Under the pieces are notes generated by a model. The model was not told the origin of the DNA and did no database searches. It was given only the letters and a program-made list of their open reading frames with translations. This document shows, in pieces, positions 15,568-20,000 of a stretch of DNA of 20,000 nt. Origin of the DNA: an uncultured virus (IMG/VR IMGVR_UViG_3300032167_000055) (Duplodnaviria; Heunggongvirae; Uroviricota; Caudoviricetes); the IMG/VR virus record IMGVR_UViG_3300032167_000055, one strand, 5' to 3'. How positions within the stretch are numbered: the first letter of the stretch is position 1; each line of letters starts with the position of its first letter. The position numbers and the translations under genes were made by a program.

Positions 15568-18150
15568 ATGAAAATTTTAGAATTAGTTTTAGAGAACTTC
15601 GAGGGTGTATTAGTAGCTATGCATACTAATTACATCAAACTCGATTTAAGAAGTTCAAAAAATAATATTTGTTTGATAACAGGACCCAATGGTCATGGAA
15701 AAACTGTATTACTTTCGCAGTTAAATCCATTTGCAACATTGGGTACTTTAGATGAGAGAGATGCATTACCTCTTATAATAAAAGAAAAAACAGGTCATAA
15801 AAAGATTATTATCCTTGATGATGGTAATGAATATGAGATTGACCATTTCTATACGCCATCGAAGACTTCACATACTGTAAAAAGTTATATTAAGAAAAAT
15901 GGAGAAGAACTAAATCCAAACGGTAATGTGACATCTTTTAAAGAGATGGTAAAAATTGAACTTGATATGGACCAAGATTATATGAAACTTATAAGACTTG
16001 GAAATAATGTAATTAATATGATAGACTTAAAGAGTGCTGAAAGAAAAACCTTTATGTCTAAACGTCTTGAAGAAGTAAATGTGTATTTGCTTCATTATAA
16101 GAAAATTAATTCAGAACTTAATGCATTAAAAACCATGATTTCTATGGTTATGGATAAAATAAAGAAAACTGAAATAGAAGACTTCGATGATGCCAAAGAT
16201 GAACTTAAAACAAGAAAAGAAGAACTTGATGCAATTGAATCTTCTATTATTTCTATATCAGACAGTATAGGAAAAACAACTTATCAGTTATCTCAGATTC
16301 CTTCGGATATAGTTGAAACTATGAGAGATGCTGAAAAGAAATTGAATAAATTGATGAAGGGTTCTGATGGTTCATTTGAAACTTTAGAATCATTAAAATT
16401 AAAAGAAAAAACCTTAGAAACATCAATAATATCAGGAAGGGAAAAGAAGAAAACCCTTACAGAAAACCTTGGTATATATTTAGAATCTATTGATGAAAAA
16501 CGAAATGAAATAGATTCTACTAAGGTGAAAATCGATCATATCATGTCCGAATCTGATCTTGAAGGTTTGAAAGGATTAATTCAAACATTAGAGATTCAGA
16601 TAAAGAATGAAGAAGGTAAATATAATAAAATAGAAGAAATTAATTACACAAAAAAAGATGTTGAAGAAGTTTTATCTTTCCTTAAAGAAAAACAGGAAGC
16701 TTTAAATTCAACATATGAATTTGGTATAGAACCTATTAAACGTGTAGTTGATCTTATGATGAAAGGTGTAAATGTACCTGTTTATATTCAAGATCATTTA
16801 AAGAGAGTAATTGAAGATGAAGAAATAGAAAGTGGAAGAAGTTTATTAAATAGACTTTTGTTACAATATAATCCAACTGTCCCTAAAGGATGTCCTAAAA
16901 GTTGTTCTTTTATAGAACTGTGGGATACGTTAAATTCACTATCATCTTCAGTTAAAGATCACGACAGCATAGGAAGAGAATTCTATTCGTATATGTCATT
17001 AGCATATACAAATATAAAAAATGTGATGTTGTCATTTTCAGATAAAAGAGATTTATTTGAACGAATGCCAGATCATATTAAAACTGGATTTAAAACTGAT
17101 GTGTTATTTCATAAAATTAGATCCACCGAATTTATTTATGATCAAAAAATATTTTTTGATGAATTATCTTTTATTACTGAATATGAAAATTTCAAAGAAA
17201 TGAAAGAAACCTTAGAAGTTAAAAAGAAGGAACTTAAAAACCTTTTAAAAACATCACCAATTACATTACTGCAGGTTCATTTAAATGAAGCTGAAAAATC
17301 TTTAGAAGATTATATTAATAAATTAGCTGAAACGAAAGAAGAAATAAGAGTTCTTGAAGGAAATATACGAAGGGATGAAGCTACATTAGATGATGTAAAA
17401 TCATTAATGGAAATCGTTGAAAAGAAACAAGAACTTGAAGAAACTTATGAATCATCTAAGAAGCAGGTTTCATTAAAGCAGGAATTGCTTGAAACTAAAT
17501 TCAAGGAAGAAAATATTCTTAATTCTTATAAAAACGAGAAAGTTAGATTACAGAATCTTATTTCAAAACTTTCTCACAATATTGAGCAATTAAAACAATA
17601 TAGACAAGAATTATCAGTATATCAAAAATTTTATGATGATTGGGTTGTACTTAAAGAATCATTATCATCAAATACAGGAATTCCTCTTATATTCATTGAT
17701 CTTTATCTTAAGAAAGCAAAAGCTGTAGTTAATGCTTTACTCGATCAAATTTATGGAGGTAAAATATTTGTAGAAAAATTTGATATTAAAGATGATAGTT
17801 TTACAATTCCTTTTAACAAAGAAGGAAAATCTATTCAGGATATCAGATATGCGTCTCAAGGAGAAAGATCATTCTTCTCTATTGCATTATCATTTGCAAT
17901 TTCATTTGAAAGTATGAGTAGATATAATATCATGCTACTTGATGAATTGGATTCTGTATTGGATGAATCCAATAGATCTCATTTCATAGCATTAATTGAA
18001 AAGTTAAGAGAACTAATTGAGGCAGAACAAATTTTCTGTATATCACATAATAACATGTTCTCAATGTATCCAGTAGATGTAATATCTGTAATAAATAAAA
18101 AACCTGAAGATCATAGAATGGCTAATTTTATTGAACTTAAATATAATTAA
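15568..18150 (+). CDS. SbcC/Rad50-like (T4 gp46-like) SMC ATPase of a recombination nuclease
   Basis: Walker A GPNGHGKT, long coiled coils, central CPKSC (hook-like), signature ASQGE, Walker B LLDELD, H-loop ISH. Confidence 0.92.
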   Translation: MKILELVLENFEGVLVAMHTNYIKLDLRSSKNNICLITGPNGHGKTVLLSQLNPFATLGTLDERDALPLIIKEKTGHKKIIILDDGNEYEIDHFYTPSKTSHTVKSYIKKNGEELNPNGNVTSFKEMVKIELDMDQDYMKLIRLGNNVINMIDLKSAERKTFMSKRLEEVNVYLLHYKKINSELNALKTMISMVMDKIKKTEIEDFDDAKDELKTRKEELDAIESSIISISDSIGKTTYQLSQIPSDIVETMRDAEKKLNKLMKGSDGSFETLESLKLKEKTLETSIISGREKKKTLTENLGIYLESIDEKRNEIDSTKVKIDHIMSESDLEGLKGLIQTLEIQIKNEEGKYNKIEEINYTKKDVEEVLSFLKEKQEALNSTYEFGIEPIKRVVDLMMKGVNVPVYIQDHLKRVIEDEEIESGRSLLNRLLLQYNPTVPKGCPKSCSFIELWDTLNSLSSSVKDHDSIGREFYSYMSLAYTNIKNVMLSFSDKRDLFERMPDHIKTGFKTDVLFHKIRSTEFIYDQKIFFDELSFITEYENFKEMKETLEVKKKELKNLLKTSPITLLQVHLNEAEKSLEDYINKLAETKEEIRVLEGNIRRDEATLDDVKSLMEIVEKKQELEETYESSKKQVSLKQELLETKFKEENILNSYKNEKVRLQNLISKLSHNIEQLKQYRQELSVYQKFYDDWVVLKESLSSNTGIPLIFIDLYLKKAKAVVNALLDQIYGGKIFVEKFDIKDDSFTIPFNKEGKSIQDIRYASQGERSFFSIALSFAISFESMSRYNIMLLDELDSVLDESNRSHFIALIEKLRELIEAEQIFCISHNNMFSMYPVDVISVINKKPEDHRMANFIELKYN

Positions 18151-18360
18151 AAATAAATTCCCTAGGTGGATAATCCACCTAGGGAATCTTTTGCCCAAGT
18201 AATTAGAAATACCCAGAAAGGAGTTAACATTGGAATTTTCATAAAGTAATCTCGAAAAGATTACAATCCGCATCTATACATAATCATACAGGAGGTGTTA
18301 CCCATACATAACAAAACGTGTCCGTATTGCAAAAGAAATACTGCAGCTTTCTAATTACTT
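18150..18360 (-). ncRNA. Candidate structured small RNA C (~165-210 nt)
   Basis: AACA-N6-TA at 18371..18360 puts +1 at the first base of a perfect 13-bp closing stem (18348-18360 with 18197-18209); inner hairpin gtaatct/agattac; motif tatgaaaattccaat; terminators on both sides. Confidence 0.62.
18157..18187. terminator. Bidirectional terminator
   Basis: attccctaggtgga-taa-tccacctagggaat with A/T-rich tracts on both sides. Confidence 0.85.
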
Positions 18361-18383
18361 ATAAGTTTGTTTTAATAATAAAA

Positions 18384-18413
18384 AGTAAGGTATGAACTTA
18401 ATCATACCTTACT
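18384..18413 (-). terminator. Terminator of the endolysin gene
   Basis: agtaaggtatga / tcataccttact with a T-tract on the minus strand. Confidence 0.8.
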
Positions 18414-18425
18414 CAAAAAATCAAG

Positions 18426-19367
18426 TTATTTAAACATCTGATACAATGTAGCAGGACCTGCAAGTCCATCAACTTTAAGTCCACGTGTATCATTCTGGTA
18501 TTCGGATACATACAACTTAGTATAGTCGTTATATGTTTTAGATACCTTGGTTACGTTAATAATACCTTCCATCTCATATTTACATACAGCATATAAATAT
18601 ACATGAACGATGTATGTAATCATTTCAAATGCCTCTGCATTTTTCTTCAATACAGAATAACCAGGGCAAGCTTTCTTTGTTTTAGGTCCATAAGAACCAT
18701 CTTCAACAAGCTTAGTACCATAGTATGTATTAAAGATATGCTGAAGCAGTCTTACTGTCTGTTTCTTTGTCTTAGGTCCCCAAACACCATCAGCATTGAT
18801 ATCGGAACCGTCAAGAATAGAATTGACCCATTTCTGATATTCACAAATAACTACATTAGCTGCAGCAATTTCAGTTTCAAGAGTTTCAACAGGAGTTGAA
18901 TAATCGATGAAATCTGCCAAACCAAAGTAATACCATCTGCTTGTTTTAAGTTTCTCTTTATATACATTGAGCTTAGAACTTCTCATCTCAATAGTATATC
19001 CATTACCGAGATAACAACCAACATGTGTCAAATTCTTGTTAAATACAAGACATACTTTGTCCTTAGGAATAGAAGCAATTCTTCCAGTCTTAGTACAGTT
19101 CTTGTAGTATCCTTTAGCTGTTCTATCAACACCGGATAATTTAAAGAACGCACCAGAGCAGTCTGCTCCAATTTTTCCTTTTCCTTCTGCTAATTTAGCA
19201 TTATAATAGTCTTTGTTATAGGTTGCTGATCCATAACATGCATAGAGCTTATCCATTAAGGTCTTAGTGATATTATCACCATTAGCACCCCAAACATAAA
19301 CAGCTCCCGTAGCATACAGTTTTTCAAACCAATCAACAACCTGGTTCTGTGAAACAACATTTGCCAT
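18426..19367 (-). CDS. Endolysin: NlpC/P60-type catalytic domain plus peptidoglycan-binding repeats
   Basis: YVWGANG, ADCSG, HVGCYLGNGYTIE; three PG-binding-like motifs (DGVWGPKT, DGSYGPKT, DGLAGPAT); AAAGGA RBS. Confidence 0.9.
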   Translation of the reverse strand: MANVVSQNQVVDWFEKLYATGAVYVWGANGDNITKTLMDKLYACYGSATYNKDYYNAKLAEGKGKIGADCSGAFFKLSGVDRTAKGYYKNCTKTGRIASIPKDKVCLVFNKNLTHVGCYLGNGYTIEMRSSKLNVYKEKLKTSRWYYFGLADFIDYSTPVETLETEIAAANVVICEYQKWVNSILDGSDINADGVWGPKTKKQTVRLLQHIFNTYYGTKLVEDGSYGPKTKKACPGYSVLKKNAEAFEMITYIVHVYLYAVCKYEMEGIINVTKVSKTYNDYTKLYVSEYQNDTRGLKVDGLAGPATLYQMFK

Positions 19368-19373
19368 TATTGT

Positions 19374-19556
19374 TTACCGTCCTTTCTTTTTAAGAAGTTC
19401 TTCATACTCTTTGATAAGGTTTCTACCGTTATCTAAATGGTATGGTTTTCGTTCCATTGTTTTTAATGCTGCTTTAGATAAGAAAAATGGATTACAAAGA
19501 TTTTCTAAGTATCCACTATACTGACTAGCAGCACTCTTTTCAGATAATACCATCAC
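19374..19556 (-). CDS. Small hypothetical protein
   Basis: AGAGAGG RBS upstream; ends 6 nt before the endolysin ATG; no transmembrane segment. Confidence 0.55.
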   Translation of the reverse strand: MMVLSEKSAASQYSGYLENLCNPFFLSKAALKTMERKPYHLDNGRNLIKEYEELLKKKGR

Positions 19557-19620
19557 TGTAACCTCTCTTTTGATACATTTAAAAATAACTTGATTTTTAT
19601 TATAATGTGGAATAAATAAA

Positions 19621-19652
19621 TATCTCTAATAGATCAATTTCTACTAGAGATA
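19621..19652 (-). terminator. Stem-loop / probable terminator
   Basis: tatctctaataga / tctactagagata; the single mismatch is G-U on the minus strand. Confidence 0.6.
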
Positions 19653-19781
19653 CTTATTATCAAAAATTACAATGAACATTGGAAGAACTTCACCATGACC
19701 CCAAGACACCTGATAAAATCTGTATTTTGAAAGATATATTATTTATATAGAATATATGAAAATACCAAGGAGGGCTATACC

Positions 19782-20000
19782 ATGTTTGATTTTATGAAGA
19801 ATTTCGATTTTAATAGTTATTTAACTCAAGAGATTACACAATCTCTCAAAACTATGCATTCGTCAACACGAATACCTAGTAAATATATTAATTACGATGA
19901 TATGGATGATTTTGAGTCTATTCATCATCTATCATTCAAAGAAATAAAACAACGAAATCGTATTGAACTAATTGATAGTTTTAATTGTGATAGAATGGTA
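19782..20000 (+). CDS. Hypothetical protein, 5' part (MFDFMKNFDFNSYLTQEITQSLK...), runs off the window
   Basis: AAGGAGGG RBS, GATATATTATT motif at 19733, open frame to the window end. Confidence 0.75.
   Translation, partial: MFDFMKNFDFNSYLTQEITQSLKTMHSSTRIPSKYINYDDMDDFESIHHLSFKEIKQRNRIELIDSFNCDRMV

Noticed and set aside
15568..18150. SbcC/Rad50-like ATPase or the helicase as the dedicated cassette recombinase
   Set aside because: Both are general replication/recombination genes of large phages, and nothing in the sequence ties them to the element. The 11-13 bp coding-side identity is short for homologous recombination.
2929..18899. Short opposite-strand or overlapping ORFs (2929-3120, 7721-7957, 8258-8458, 8386-8580, 9558-9773, 10088-10270, 10804-11004, 11994-12206, 18061-18273, 18603-18899)
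   Set aside because: They are antisense shadows of better-supported genes, with no RBS or recognisable motifs.
19374..19556. Holin call for the small gene upstream of the endolysin
   Set aside because: The protein has no hydrophobic transmembrane segment.

Overview
AT-rich segment of a jumbo myophage genome, probably infecting a Firmicute. Promoter motifs resembling those of AR9/PBS1- and phiKZ-like phages recur (late-type RACA-N6-TA, early-type TATATTAT). Ordinary genes include a DHH/DHHA1 phosphoesterase, a Dda/RecD-like helicase, a probable neck protein, a DUF5662-like protein, a TIGR02452/PARG-like macrodomain protein, a gp53-like baseplate protein, a HicB-like protein, an SbcC/Rad50-like ATPase and an NlpC/P60 endolysin. 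The main signal is six near-identical, co-oriented 80-bp elements at 488, 4557, 5873, 6811, 12989 and 13639. Each is an imperfect 70-bp inverted repeat with a terminator-like hairpin, an in-frame TAG and a 14-bp palindrome. Each is fused in the same frame (CTA AAT AGT AAN = L-N-S-K/N) to a different tail-fibre C-terminal fragment with no RBS-backed start. Three fragments are followed by their own adhesin-like gene. I interpret this as a dispersed library of silent receptor-binding cassettes that can be swapped onto an expressed tail-fibre N-terminus; neither that gene nor a recombinase is in the window. A second signal is a set of promoter- and terminator-bounded intergenic small-RNA candidates sharing a UAUGAAWAUUCCA motif. 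All protein calls come from motif recognition by eye, not database searches.
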